64,000 nt of DNA from an uncultured bacterium. Lineage in GTDB: Bacteria > Patescibacteriota > Minisyncoccia > Phycocordibacterales > CAIZLB01. The translations under genes and the position numbers were made by a program. The stretch is from the NCBI GenBank assembly GCA_903821355.1, contig CAIJKW010000022.1, positions 423 to 64,422 of the forward strand, given 5' to 3'. Every line of letters starts with the position of its first letter. Positions within the stretch are counted from its first letter, which is position 1. This document shows, piece by piece, positions 8,395 to 17,944 of the stretch. The notes beneath the pieces were generated by a model. The model was not told where the DNA came from. It ran no database searches and saw nothing but the letters and a program-made list of their open reading frames with translations.

Positions 8395-9042
8395 TTATTC
8401 TGCAAAAAATTCCCTTCCTTTATCTAAAAAATTATTTTTTAATATTTTAAAATATTCTCCACCATCCTTACCTTCCTCCAGATATCTGAAAATTGCTCCA
8501 GAAATCCAGTCTGCAATTTGTATGTTTGTATTTGAAGTAGAATCAATCATGTGTACTTGAATCATGGTTTCAGCAGAACATAGAGGTAAAAGCTTCCCTG
8601 TAATATGCGATTCAAATTCACTTTTAGACATGTCTTTTAATGATCTTTGATCACAGAATATATAAATCTCTTTTTCGTCCGTAGGTAAATATGTCCCAAG
8701 TGTCTCAGCAATAATATTTGCGTATAAAATACCGCTATCTAATTTTCCCTTCCTTCTATATTTACTCGGTATATTATTTATTGATAAAAAACCATATCTG
8801 ATACGAACGTCCATATTTGAGATGTATTTAACTGTATGAATGCGAAGTTTATCAGCAATTCCTGTTGCAGACCATTTGATTTCACCTTGCTTCCGCATCT
8901 TTTTTGGAAACTTACTGTTTATCCAAGCTTTAAAAGCTTTTGCGGTAGCCTTCTGATTACTTACAGTAAAAGAGCCGATCACGAAATATTCTTCATGATT
9001 ATGTTTTGTAAAATTTCCACTTTCATCTAAAAATATGTACAT
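8395..9042 (-). CDS. DUF3800 family protein (RNase H-like fold, predicted nuclease)
   Basis: N-terminal YIFLDESG, central IFCD, C-terminal IQIADWISG (QxAD). Confidence 0.88.
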   Translation of the reverse strand: MYIFLDESGNFTKHNHEEYFVIGSFTVSNQKATAKAFKAWINSKFPKKMRKQGEIKWSATGIADKLRIHTVKYISNMDVRIRYGFLSINNIPSKYRRKGKLDSGILYANIIAETLGTYLPTDEKEIYIFCDQRSLKDMSKSEFESHITGKLLPLCSAETMIQVHMIDSTSNTNIQIADWISGAIFRYLEEGKDGGEYFKILKNNFLDKGREFFAE

Positions 9043-9141
9043 AAAATTTATAAAATAAGTTTCCCAAGGTCTTCATAGAGGTAAACCAAAAATCAATGTC
9101 TTAACCTTCTAGTTTGAAATTTTGCAGGCCTTAAAATACCC

Positions 9142-9234
9142 TTATTTCTGAGAGTTTGCCATTAATCTTAAAAATTCAGCTTTAGTGCCCCTAAAACCCC
9201 TCAGTGATTTTTTTGATATTTTTTTCTTTTTCAT
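9142..9234 (-). CDS. Possible 30-aa basic peptide upstream of DUF3800 (or gene remnant)
   Basis: MKKKKISKKSLRGFRGTKAEFLRLMANSQK with TATTAT 8 nt before the ATG. Confidence 0.3.
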   Translation of the reverse strand: MKKKKISKKSLRGFRGTKAEFLRLMANSQK

Positions 9235-9357
9235 AATGACACATAATACAGATGAGACATGATACCTTTATAAAGAGAATCTAAAGAATTACCAACATTT
9301 TTCTTTGGTATTTTAGTAGTGTTGTGGATAAGTCATTTATATGGCAATATTTATTGT

Positions 9358-9705
9358 ATGGACCCTATAAAAAGACTAACTAAAAAGATAGTGGCGTTTA
9401 GAAACAGGAGAAATTGGAAACAATTTCACAACCCAAAAGATTTATCAATATCGTTGGTTCTAGAAGCAACAGAACTGATGGAACATTTTCAATGGAAGAA
9501 TACACAGGAGACAGAAGAATATGTTAAGAAAAATAAAGCAGAAATATCAGAAGAAATAGCGGATGTTTTATATTATATCTTATTAATTTCTCACGACATG
9601 AAAATTGATGTAGAAAAAGCTTTAGATAGGAAGATTGAAATAAATGACAAAAAATATCCTGTAGAAAAATCAAAAGGTAATCATACTAAATATAATAAGT
9701 TATAA
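9358..9705 (+). CDS. MazG-like nucleotide pyrophosphohydrolase
   Basis: RNWKQFHNPKDLSISLVLEATELMEHFQW, EEIADV, KYPVEK. ATG 9358 preferred. Confidence 0.92.
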   Translation: MDPIKRLTKKIVAFRNRRNWKQFHNPKDLSISLVLEATELMEHFQWKNTQETEEYVKKNKAEISEEIADVLYYILLISHDMKIDVEKALDRKIEINDKKYPVEKSKGNHTKYNKL

Positions 9706-9707
9706 AA

Positions 9708-11576
9708 ATGATAGTATACTCTAAGCAGAAAATTGACTTTAAAAAAGATATCATGTCCAATAATATTGGTAATATTATTTTAGACAACTACAAAAGAGTT
9801 ACTGGCAGAAATACAGGGAAATCAGAATTTGATTCTTGGACAAATTCATTACAATATATGGAGAGAGTTTTATCAGATTCAGAAATTCCTGATGATGCCG
9901 GTATCGCTATTGAGTATCATATTCCTCAGTCATCAAAGAGGGTAGATTTTATAATTACAGGTTCTGATTCTGAAAAAAATGAATCCGCTATTTTAATAGA
10001 ATTAAAACAATGGCAGACAGCCAAGCTTACAGAAAAAGACGCTGTCGTTATTACTAGATTTAAAGGAGGGGAACAAGAGACGACACATCCTTCATATCAG
10101 GCCTGGTCCTACAAAAGGTTACTTGAAGATTTCAATCAAACTGTAGATGAAGATAAAATCCAACTATTTCCTTGTGCGTATCTTCATAACTATGATTCTG
10201 ATAACGTAATAGATAATGATTTTTATGGTGAATACACAAATAACGCTCCTCTGTTCTTAAAACCTGATGCAGTTAAATTGCAGGATTTTATAAAAGCACA
10301 TGTTAAACATGGAGACAAGAGTCGAATAATGTTTCGGATAGATAATGGTAAAATTCGACCGTCAAAAAGTTTAGCTGATCAATTAAGCTCTATGTTGTTT
10401 GGCAATACAGAGTTTACAATGATTGATGATCAGAAAATTGTATACGAGACAGCTATTAATCTGGCAAAGACATCGCATGAAAATAATAAAAACGTTCTGA
10501 TTGTTCAAGGCGGTCCAGGAACCGGTAAGTCTGTGGTCGCTATAAATTTACTTGTAGCGCTGACTAATCTTCCTGAAAATAGACTTGTGACTCAATATAT
10601 AACTCGTAATTCTGCCCCAAGAGCTGTCTATGAAGCTAAATTAACTGGAAGCCATAAAAAATCTCACATTACAAATATGTTTAGTGGTTCAGGATCTTTT
10701 CATTCAGTTAAATCAAATATTTTTGATGCGTTAATAGTGGATGAAGCCCACAGACTTAATGCTAAGTCTGGAATGTTTAGTCACTTAGGTGAAAATCAGG
10801 TTAAGGAAATAATTAATGCTTCAAAATTTAGTGTATTTTTTATTGATGAAGATCAAAAGGTCACACTTAAAGATATTGGTGATACAGAAGAAATTAAAAA
10901 ATATGCAAAACAACTTAATGCGAATGTCGTTGATATGACCCTAGAATCACAATTTAGATGTAATGGTTCAGACGGGTATTTGGCTTGGTTGGATGATGTG
11001 CTTCAGATAAGACAAACTGCAAATAATTCTTTGAAAGAACTGAATTACGACTTTAAGATATTTGATGATCCTCAAAAAATGCACGATGAAATAGTTGAAA
11101 AAAATAAAGAAAAGAACAAAGCTCGTGTTGTTGCTGGGTATTGTTGGAAGTGGATTAGTAAAAACAGGCCCGTGCTTAAAGATATCGTGATAGGTAATTA
11201 TAAAGCTACCTGGAATTTGAATGAAGATGGGCAAGCGTGGATTATTAAACCTGAATCTGTAACAGAAGTTGGATGCATACACACATGTCAGGGATTAGAG
11301 GTCGATTATGTCGGTGTGATTATAGGAAAAGATTTGATAGTTAGAGATGATGTAATTAAGACCGTACCAGAAGAGCGAGCAAGTACGGATAAATCTGTAC
11401 ACGGGTGGAAGAAGATGTTTAAAGAAAATCCAGAAGAGACTCTGAGAAAACTAGATTTGATAATAAAAAATACTTATAGAACTTTAATGACTAGGGGAAT
11501 GAAAGGATGTTACGTATATTTCGAGGATAAAGAAACTGAGAAATATTTTAGAGAAAGACTGTCTTTTATAGAATAA
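9708..11576 (+). CDS. DUF2075 family P-loop ATPase/helicase with an N-terminal PD-(D/E)xK-like segment
   Basis: EYHIP..KRVDF...ILIELKQW; Walker A GGPGTGKS; Walker B IVDEAHRL; GCIHTCQGLE; NTYRTLMTRGMKG. Confidence 0.9.
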   Translation: MIVYSKQKIDFKKDIMSNNIGNIILDNYKRVTGRNTGKSEFDSWTNSLQYMERVLSDSEIPDDAGIAIEYHIPQSSKRVDFIITGSDSEKNESAILIELKQWQTAKLTEKDAVVITRFKGGEQETTHPSYQAWSYKRLLEDFNQTVDEDKIQLFPCAYLHNYDSDNVIDNDFYGEYTNNAPLFLKPDAVKLQDFIKAHVKHGDKSRIMFRIDNGKIRPSKSLADQLSSMLFGNTEFTMIDDQKIVYETAINLAKTSHENNKNVLIVQGGPGTGKSVVAINLLVALTNLPENRLVTQYITRNSAPRAVYEAKLTGSHKKSHITNMFSGSGSFHSVKSNIFDALIVDEAHRLNAKSGMFSHLGENQVKEIINASKFSVFFIDEDQKVTLKDIGDTEEIKKYAKQLNANVVDMTLESQFRCNGSDGYLAWLDDVLQIRQTANNSLKELNYDFKIFDDPQKMHDEIVEKNKEKNKARVVAGYCWKWISKNRPVLKDIVIGNYKATWNLNEDGQAWIIKPESVTEVGCIHTCQGLEVDYVGVIIGKDLIVRDDVIKTVPEERASTDKSVHGWKKMFKENPEETLRKLDLIIKNTYRTLMTRGMKGCYVYFEDKETEKYFRERLSFIE

Positions 11577-11583
11577 TAATTGG

Positions 11584-12273
11584 ATGATTCCAACCCTCCT
11601 AAAATTAAAAAGAAAAATAAACAAACTAAGGCGGTCCATCAAAACCGCTCGCACCTCTCGTCCTGCCCGCCCAATCAAAACCTCAGAAAATCAAATCACG
11701 CTCAAGGGACAAAATGTTCCGTACGTCCTTCGCTTAAACCCTCGATCCAAATCTATTCGTCTTGCAATTCATTCGGGTGGGGAATTTACGGTGACAGCGC
11801 CGCCTAGGGTGACGCAGAAAATGATTGAGCATTTTATCGAGCTGAAAGCGGATTGGATACTGGAAAAGATTGCGCATTTTAAAAAGTTTGATTTGGCGCG
11901 CGGATCCGGGTCGCAAGCGTCGGCGCCGAGAAAAACTAAAGCACAGCAACGCGCGGAATATTTGGCTCTTAAAGATAAGGCGCTCAAAATTGCTACAGAA
12001 AAAGTTCTACATTGGAATGCCTTCTACAATTTTAAATTCAACAAAATCAGTATCAAAAATCAAAAAACCAGATGGGGGAGTTGTTCCAAAAATGGGAATC
12101 TGAATTTCAATTACAAAATTGCGCTTCTGCCTGAAAATTTGGCGGACTATCTTGTTGTGCACGAGATTGCACACCTCGGCCAATTTAATCACTCGGCAAA
12201 ATTTTGGGCGCTTGTAGCACAAACAATTCCGGATTATCAGACGCTTAGAAAAGAATTGAAGGGAGTTAAATAA
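11584..12273 (+). CDS. YgjP-like (DUF45/M48-related) metallohydrolase
   Basis: KNQKTRWGSCS, DYLVVHEIAHL...NHSAKFW. Confidence 0.9.
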   Translation: MIPTLLKLKRKINKLRRSIKTARTSRPARPIKTSENQITLKGQNVPYVLRLNPRSKSIRLAIHSGGEFTVTAPPRVTQKMIEHFIELKADWILEKIAHFKKFDLARGSGSQASAPRKTKAQQRAEYLALKDKALKIATEKVLHWNAFYNFKFNKISIKNQKTRWGSCSKNGNLNFNYKIALLPENLADYLVVHEIAHLGQFNHSAKFWALVAQTIPDYQTLRKELKGVK

Positions 12274-12321
12274 ATGAATAAATAAGTAGAGTAGAATTTT
12301 TGCACGTGGTATAATAACTAC

Positions 12322-12720
12322 ATGAACAATACCTACAACTGGTACTCGCAACTTATAAAACCAAGGTGGTCTCCACCAAGCTATCTTTTTGGCCCCGTCT
12401 GGAGCGTACTGTACATAATAATTGCAGCAAGCTTTGGAACGGTCTTTTACAAAGCATTCACAAAACAAATTCCTTGGATTGTGGCTCTACCCTTCATCCT
12501 TAACTTAATCTTCAATTTTGCTTTTACTCCGCTTCAATTTGGCTTAAAAAATAATTTACTGGGCGCCATTGATATCCTCTTAGTACTTGGAACATTAATT
12601 TGGGCGATAATTGCAATCTACCCATACGTTAAATGGGTTGCTTATATTCAAACTCCATATTTGCTTTGGGTTACTTTTGCTACCGTCTTGCAATTGACGA
12701 TTACATATTTGAATAGATAG
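12322..12720 (+). CDS. tspO: TspO/MBR family membrane protein
   Basis: WYSQLIKPRWSPPSYLFGPVWSVLY, PYLLWVTFATVL. Confidence 0.93.
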   Translation: MNNTYNWYSQLIKPRWSPPSYLFGPVWSVLYIIIAASFGTVFYKAFTKQIPWIVALPFILNLIFNFAFTPLQFGLKNNLLGAIDILLVLGTLIWAIIAIYPYVKWVAYIQTPYLLWVTFATVLQLTITYLNR

Positions 12721-12786
12721 GGGATATATATCGAATACAAAAACTGCCATGTCGCCATATATATATGTGCACATTACCCGCACCTA

Positions 12787-12815
12787 TTGACAATAACCAA
12801 TAGGCATGTTAGCAT
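12787..12815 (+). promoter_or_regulatory. Sigma70 promoter (extended -10)
   Basis: TTGACA (12787-12792), 17 nt ending in TGt, TAGCAT (12810-12815). Confidence 0.7.
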
Positions 12816-12821
12816 GTGTAT

Positions 12822-13176
12822 GTGTTCGCACAAACCAAATGCGCGACGTGGCACAGGACAGACCACTTAAGTCTCAATCCTGATATCGCGTGCGCGCGCA
12901 GTCCCGCAAAGCCGAAAGGCCGCTTGAGGGGACACAAAGGGGCTGTAATACGCCCAGCGTAAAGAGATCAAAAGGGGGAAACTTGCGGTTTGGATCGTAT
13001 AATAATAAGGATCCGTTAAAGCAGCAACAGTTAAGACTGTCATGATGTACGACAATTTGTTCTCGACAAGAGACAGACCGTGCACTTATGGGATTAAGCT
13101 TCCCGAAAGAAACCCCACTAATAACAAAGGTCTCAAAACCACCGTCCATGAATCAAGTAATGGGCGGTGTTTTTAT
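12822..13176 (+). ncRNA. Large (~350 nt) structured non-coding RNA candidate, class unknown
   Basis: Own promoter and terminator (caccgtccat...atgggcggtg-TTTTT). Multiple stems including GCC-GAAA-GGC, gtccc/gggac, gggc/gccc, ggatc/gatcc, acagt/actgt and long-range gtctc/gagac. No convincing ORF. Confidence 0.65.
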
Positions 13177-13197
13177 TTGTATGTTAAAATAGGCGAC

Positions 13198-13707
13198 ATG
13201 AAAGCCAATAAAATAAGTATCGAAAACGCCAAGCAGGACAAGTTATTTTACTTTGTCGCTAATGTTGTTGTCTTCCGAGAATCTGACAAAAGATGTCTCA
13301 TCCTAAAAAGAAGCGAGTCTGAAAAAGTTCATCCTGGAAAATTTGCAGTCCCTGGTGGAAAGCTTGAGTGGAAGGACCTAGACATTACAAAGCCAACCAG
13401 AATGAATGGCGATGTGATAGATTTTGAAAACTCGGTTGAGGATCTTCTTAAAAGAGAAGTTATGGAAGAAGCAGGAATTGTAATCGATAATAAACTTCAT
13501 TATATAAATAGTGTAGCTTTTATTAGACCCGACGAGACTCCTGTCGTCCTCGTTAAATTTGCTGCAAAATATATCAGCGGAGACGTTGTGCCTGAGGCCG
13601 GCGCCTTTACTGATTTTGCATGGGTTAACGCAGAGGAAATTAAAAATTACGATTGTATACAAGGCGTCCATGAAGAGGTTGCTGAGACAATTAAGATATT
13701 TTGTTAA
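13198..13707 (+). CDS. NUDIX hydrolase
   Basis: LILKRS..EKVHPGKFAVPGG...LKREVMEEAG (Nudix box with an insertion). ATG 13198 lies 7 nt after TAAAAT. Confidence 0.88.
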   Translation: MKANKISIENAKQDKLFYFVANVVVFRESDKRCLILKRSESEKVHPGKFAVPGGKLEWKDLDITKPTRMNGDVIDFENSVEDLLKREVMEEAGIVIDNKLHYINSVAFIRPDETPVVLVKFAAKYISGDVVPEAGAFTDFAWVNAEEIKNYDCIQGVHEEVAETIKIFC

Positions 13708-13758
13708 GTAAGTCTGACGGTGGCATCCATCGCCATTTTATTGTACAATCTACCTACT

Positions 13759-16200
13759 ATGGCCAAAAAACAAGTATACGACCACAAGAAAATCGAAAAA
13801 AAGTGGCAAAAGAAATGGGAAACAAGTAAAATTTATAAAACTGATGACAAGACACTTAAGGCGGGTCAAAAGAAATTTTATGTTTTGGACATGTTCCCCT
13901 ATCCATCAGGAGAAGGCCTTCACGTTGGCCACCCAAAGGGATACATTGCAACTGACGTCGTTTCTAGAATGAAAAGAATGAATGGATTCAAAGTTCTTCA
14001 TCCGATGGGATGGGATGCTTTTGGCCTGCCTGCTGAGCAATTTGCTATTAAGAACAAAACTAATCCAATGATTGGTGTTAAAAAAACTGTTGCCAGATTT
14101 AAGAAACAAATTTCTATCATTGGACTTGATTACGATTGGGGACGTGAGATAAATACAACTGATCCAAAATACTATAAATGGACGCAATGGACATTCTTAA
14201 AAATGTTCGATGCTGGACTTGCTTATGAATCATGGGAACCAATCAACTGGTGTCCATCATGTAAAACTGGACTTGCTAATGAAGACTTGGAAGATGGAAA
14301 GTGTGAGCGATGTGGAAGCGTCGTTGAGAAAAAACCTCTTAGACAATGGGTGCTTAAAATTACAAAATATGCGGATAGAATGCTTAATGATTTGGAAACT
14401 CTAGAGTGGCCAGAGCCTATTAAGGATGCCCAAAGAAATTGGATTGGTAGAAGTGAGGGGTCAATGATTTCTTTCGATATTGAGGGAACATCTGACGCGT
14501 CAGGTTCGGAAAAGAAGATCACAGTATTTACAACTCGTCCTGATACACTTTATGGTGTGACATATGTTGTGATTGCCCCAGAACATAAATTGGTTCTTGA
14601 ATTGAAAGACAAAATAAAGAACTGGAAGGAAGTCGAGAAGTATATTGTGGAGACCAAGAATAAAACAGAAATTGATAGAACGGCAGAAGGAAAAGAAAAA
14701 ACTGGTGTTAAGCTTGAGGGAATTTCTGCGATTCACCCAATCACAAAAGAAAAAGTTTCTGTTTTTATTGCTGACTACGCGCTGGCTGGCTATGGAACAG
14801 GATGTGTGATGGCGGTGGGTGCGCATGATACTCGTGATTTTGATTTTGCAAAGAAATATGATTTGGAAATTAGAGAGGTTATCACTCCAGCCGATGCTGA
14901 TGCACAACTTCCATATCTTGGTGATGGCGTGATGATTAATTCGCCAAAATTTAATGGCAAGAAAAACACAGAAATTTTTGAAGAAATTACAAAACTTGCA
15001 GGTGGTAAAAGGGAAGTGGTTTATAAGCTGAAAGACTGGGTCTTTTCTCGTCAAAGATATTGGGGTGAACCGATTCCTGTAATTCATTGTGAAAAATGTG
15101 GAGTTGTACCTGTGCCTTATAAGGATTTGCCAGTTGTACTTCCTAAGGTGAAAAGTTATGAACCAACAGGAACGGGAGAGTCACCACTCGCTAATATTGC
15201 TTCTTGGGTAAATGTTAAGTGTCCTAAATGTAAGGGCCCAGGAAAGCGTGAGACAAACACTATGCCTCAATGGGCGGGTTCATCTTGGTATTATTTACGA
15301 TATATGGATCCTAAGAACGATAAGGCTCTAGTTGACCCTAAGAAGGAAGCTTTTTGGTCACCTGTGGATTTTTACGTCGGAGGGGCAGAACACGCTGCTA
15401 GGCACCTTATATACGCTAGATTCTGGCATAAATTCTTGCAAGACATCGGGGTTGTTAAATATGGTGAGCCTTTTAAGAAATTACAGAATGTTGGATTGAT
15501 TATGGGTGAAGACGGCAGAAAGATGAGTAAGAGGTATGGAAATGTGGTTAATCCAGATTCTATCGTTGAAACTTATGGAGCAGATTCATTAAGATTATAT
15601 GAAATGTTCATGGGTCCATTTGATCAAGAAATTTCATGGAAAACTGATAACATTATTGGGGTCAGAAGATTCTTGGAAAAAGTTTGGCGATTACAAGAGA
15701 AGGTTGTGACAGACAAAAAGAAAAAAGTTGATTTGGATGATACGACTGAAATTATTTTTAATCAAACTATTAAAAAAGTCACCGATGATATTAACGAACT
15801 TGGCTTTAATACGGCCGTCTCTCAAATGATGATTTTTGTAAATCATTTGGAAAAAGTTGAAAATATTTCTCAGGCGGTTTATTTGACTTTGATAAAATTA
15901 TTAGCACCATTTGCTCCACATATGACGGAGGAAATTTGGGCGATGTATAATCCAAAGGGAAGTGTACACGTGTCGAGTTGGCCTGAGTACGATTCTACCA
16001 AGTTGGTATTATCTACTGTCACAGTAGTGGTTCAAGTGAATGGAAAAGTTAGAGATCAATTCAGTGCAAAGAACGGAATCTCAAAAGCTGAAATGGAGAA
16101 GATGGCACTTGCTTCAAAATATATTCAAGAAAATTTTGCGGGTAAAACTCCAGCAAGGATTATTGTGGTGCCAAATAAAATTGTGAATTTGGTTTACTAG
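13759..16200 (+). CDS. leuS: Leucine--tRNA ligase
   Basis: MFPYPSG.GLHVGH, FTTRPDT, SRQRYWG, KMSKR. Confidence 0.98.
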   Translation: MAKKQVYDHKKIEKKWQKKWETSKIYKTDDKTLKAGQKKFYVLDMFPYPSGEGLHVGHPKGYIATDVVSRMKRMNGFKVLHPMGWDAFGLPAEQFAIKNKTNPMIGVKKTVARFKKQISIIGLDYDWGREINTTDPKYYKWTQWTFLKMFDAGLAYESWEPINWCPSCKTGLANEDLEDGKCERCGSVVEKKPLRQWVLKITKYADRMLNDLETLEWPEPIKDAQRNWIGRSEGSMISFDIEGTSDASGSEKKITVFTTRPDTLYGVTYVVIAPEHKLVLELKDKIKNWKEVEKYIVETKNKTEIDRTAEGKEKTGVKLEGISAIHPITKEKVSVFIADYALAGYGTGCVMAVGAHDTRDFDFAKKYDLEIREVITPADADAQLPYLGDGVMINSPKFNGKKNTEIFEEITKLAGGKREVVYKLKDWVFSRQRYWGEPIPVIHCEKCGVVPVPYKDLPVVLPKVKSYEPTGTGESPLANIASWVNVKCPKCKGPGKRETNTMPQWAGSSWYYLRYMDPKNDKALVDPKKEAFWSPVDFYVGGAEHAARHLIYARFWHKFLQDIGVVKYGEPFKKLQNVGLIMGEDGRKMSKRYGNVVNPDSIVETYGADSLRLYEMFMGPFDQEISWKTDNIIGVRRFLEKVWRLQEKVVTDKKKKVDLDDTTEIIFNQTIKKVTDDINELGFNTAVSQMMIFVNHLEKVENISQAVYLTLIKLLAPFAPHMTEEIWAMYNPKGSVHVSSWPEYDSTKLVLSTVTVVVQVNGKVRDQFSAKNGISKAEMEKMALASKYIQENFAGKTPARIIVVPNKIVNLVY

Positions 16201-16274
16201 CCGGTACAATAAGTGAGTGGAGAATGATGTGTTGAGGCAAATATAAAACTCAGTAATAAAATTCAGTAATGGAA

Positions 16275-16301
16275 AAGCGCCGCCCCGGAGGGGCGGCGCT
16301 T
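16275..16301. terminator. GC-rich terminator between convergent genes
   Basis: aagcgccgcccc-gga-ggggcggcgctt. Confidence 0.75.
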
Positions 16302-16333
16302 GGGTTTATGAGTTTCCTGGTGAGGTGAGGGGG

Positions 16334-16858
16334 TTAGGCCGAAACGGAGAGCGAGGACGCCTTTCCGGCACGGATTTCTTCCACCGCTTGCCAGATTGCC
16401 TGGCTAAGTGGTTTTTGGCACTTCTTCGGTACCACCTTGTCCAACTCGACGGGGTAGATCTGGTGTCCGTCCTTGCAGGGTTGCCCCTTCTTGACATGAA
16501 CCAGAACGGCGCTGGGATGCCCAGAAACTGGCACTAAAACGAATTCATCGAGCCCGTCGTAGGCTTTGATGAAATCATGGATGACATCCTCCGGGGTGTT
16601 GCAGACAGAGCAGTTGCAGTTGTTGAGACGGAACGGTGTGAATTCTTCATGCACCACGTGGATGCAGGCATGGCCGCATTTTGTGACGCTCACGAAATAC
16701 AAATCCAAGTAAGTTCCTTTCTCATTGGCCTTGGCTCGAGCGCACCTGGCAGCACCTTTTTGTTGTGCTCTTTGGACGCGCTCTTCGGCCTCTCGTGCTC
16801 TCCGTTCTGATTTGTCTTCGACAAGGGGTTTGGTAGGTCCGACATTTTTGACACTCAT
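16334..16858 (-). CDS. Hypothetical Cys/His-rich protein in a GC-rich stand-alone cassette
   Basis: CGH..C / CNCSVC possible Zn site; own promoter (~16960-16930), 5' hairpin and A/C-rich leader. Confidence 0.65.
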   Translation of the reverse strand: MSVKNVGPTKPLVEDKSERRAREAEERVQRAQQKGAARCARAKANEKGTYLDLYFVSVTKCGHACIHVVHEEFTPFRLNNCNCSVCNTPEDVIHDFIKAYDGLDEFVLVPVSGHPSAVLVHVKKGQPCKDGHQIYPVELDKVVPKKCQKPLSQAIWQAVEEIRAGKASSLSVSA

Positions 16859-16997
16859 ATGCAGTTTTTTTGGTTTGGGTCAGTTTATTGAATCTGAAAT
16901 TTGGCCTGAAAACCTTTCAAGTCCAAATAGAATATAATCATACATCGATATTATTGTAAATAGCGACCCCAATTTATATTGTTGATAACTAATCGTA

Positions 16998-17888
16998 TTA
17001 GTTTGCCGAACGATTTGAACCTCTTGAACCAATCAAGTATGTTTGAATATTATTCTTGTGCTGTTCGTAAGTCTTTGCACAATGTATTTGTCTATTGTTG
17101 TCGTGCAAATAGTACATGCAATCAGTTTTTTGTGGAGCATAAGCAGCCTTAAGTGCATCAATACTTATATTTGAAATTGCTGTTGGAGGTAATCCTAAAT
17201 TTGAATAAGTGTTATATGGAGAATCAATTTTCTTATCCACCGATAAAACCTTTGGCCACCAATTATCTTCATTTCCTTTTGCGTATTGAAGTGTCGCATC
17301 CATGCCCAGTGTCATCCCTTTAAATAGTCTGTTCCAGATTACACCTGATATTAAATTCATATCCTTTGGACCAGCTGCTTCTTTTTGAATTATTGAAGCA
17401 ATTCTAACTGCGGTTTCCAGATTGATTTTTTGGGCACTTTGTTTGGTCTGTTTGCCGGCCAAAACTTTATCGCCAACTTCTTTATTAAAATTAGCCAATA
17501 TTTGATCAGCCACTTCTTTGCCAGTTGCGTCTATATTGATCCAATAAGATCCTGGCATAAAGAACCCCTCCATTGGTCCATTATCATCTTTTGGCGCTGA
17601 GTCTATAAACTCTTTTTTATCCTTATCTGTCCAGGCTATTGTTTTGGATATTTTCTCAGCAATTTGCTCCATTCTCATGCCGGGCTCAATCGTTATATAT
17701 CTGACATATGGGTTAGCTAAATTTAGATAGAAAGAAAGGATGCTATTTGAATTAAGGCCGCTTTCAACATAAACGATTCCCATTGCTATAAAAAACCCAA
17801 TTATGGCGATTAAAGACAATAGCCCCCATCTATGTTTACCCTTATTCTTAGGCCTCCTTGTGGAGTTAGATGTATTTATTTGAATCAT
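16998..17888 (-). CDS. mltG: Endolytic transglycosylase MltG (YceG-like), paralogue 1
   Basis: EGFFMPGSY, ASIIQKEA, ISGVIWNRL, L.MDAT, SPYNTY...GLPPTAISN. Confidence 0.92.
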   Translation of the reverse strand: MIQINTSNSTRRPKNKGKHRWGLLSLIAIIGFFIAMGIVYVESGLNSNSILSFYLNLANPYVRYITIEPGMRMEQIAEKISKTIAWTDKDKKEFIDSAPKDDNGPMEGFFMPGSYWINIDATGKEVADQILANFNKEVGDKVLAGKQTKQSAQKINLETAVRIASIIQKEAAGPKDMNLISGVIWNRLFKGMTLGMDATLQYAKGNEDNWWPKVLSVDKKIDSPYNTYSNLGLPPTAISNISIDALKAAYAPQKTDCMYYLHDNNRQIHCAKTYEQHKNNIQTYLIGSRGSNRSAN

Positions 17889-17944
17889 ATGATACCATTA
17901 TACGATATGATGTAATAAAGGTGAACCCCATTACGTCATAATCT

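Noticed and set aside
12848-12915. c-di-GMP-I riboswitch or pistol ribozyme (gcacagg..acc, cgcaaagcc, cgtgg..ccac)
   Set aside because: Only short strings match; the required P2/P3 or pseudoknot pairing and spacing are absent.
12938-12960. tmRNA 5' end (GGGGCTGTAAT)
   Set aside because: Not followed by GG-N-TTCGAC, and no T-arm/CCA end or tag reading frame was found.
12867-13197. ORFs 12867-13085(-), 12874-13149(-) and the N-terminal extension of NUDIX from 13042
   Set aside because: No protein-like features. The region is better explained as structured RNA plus terminator, and NUDIX has a leaderless start at 13198.
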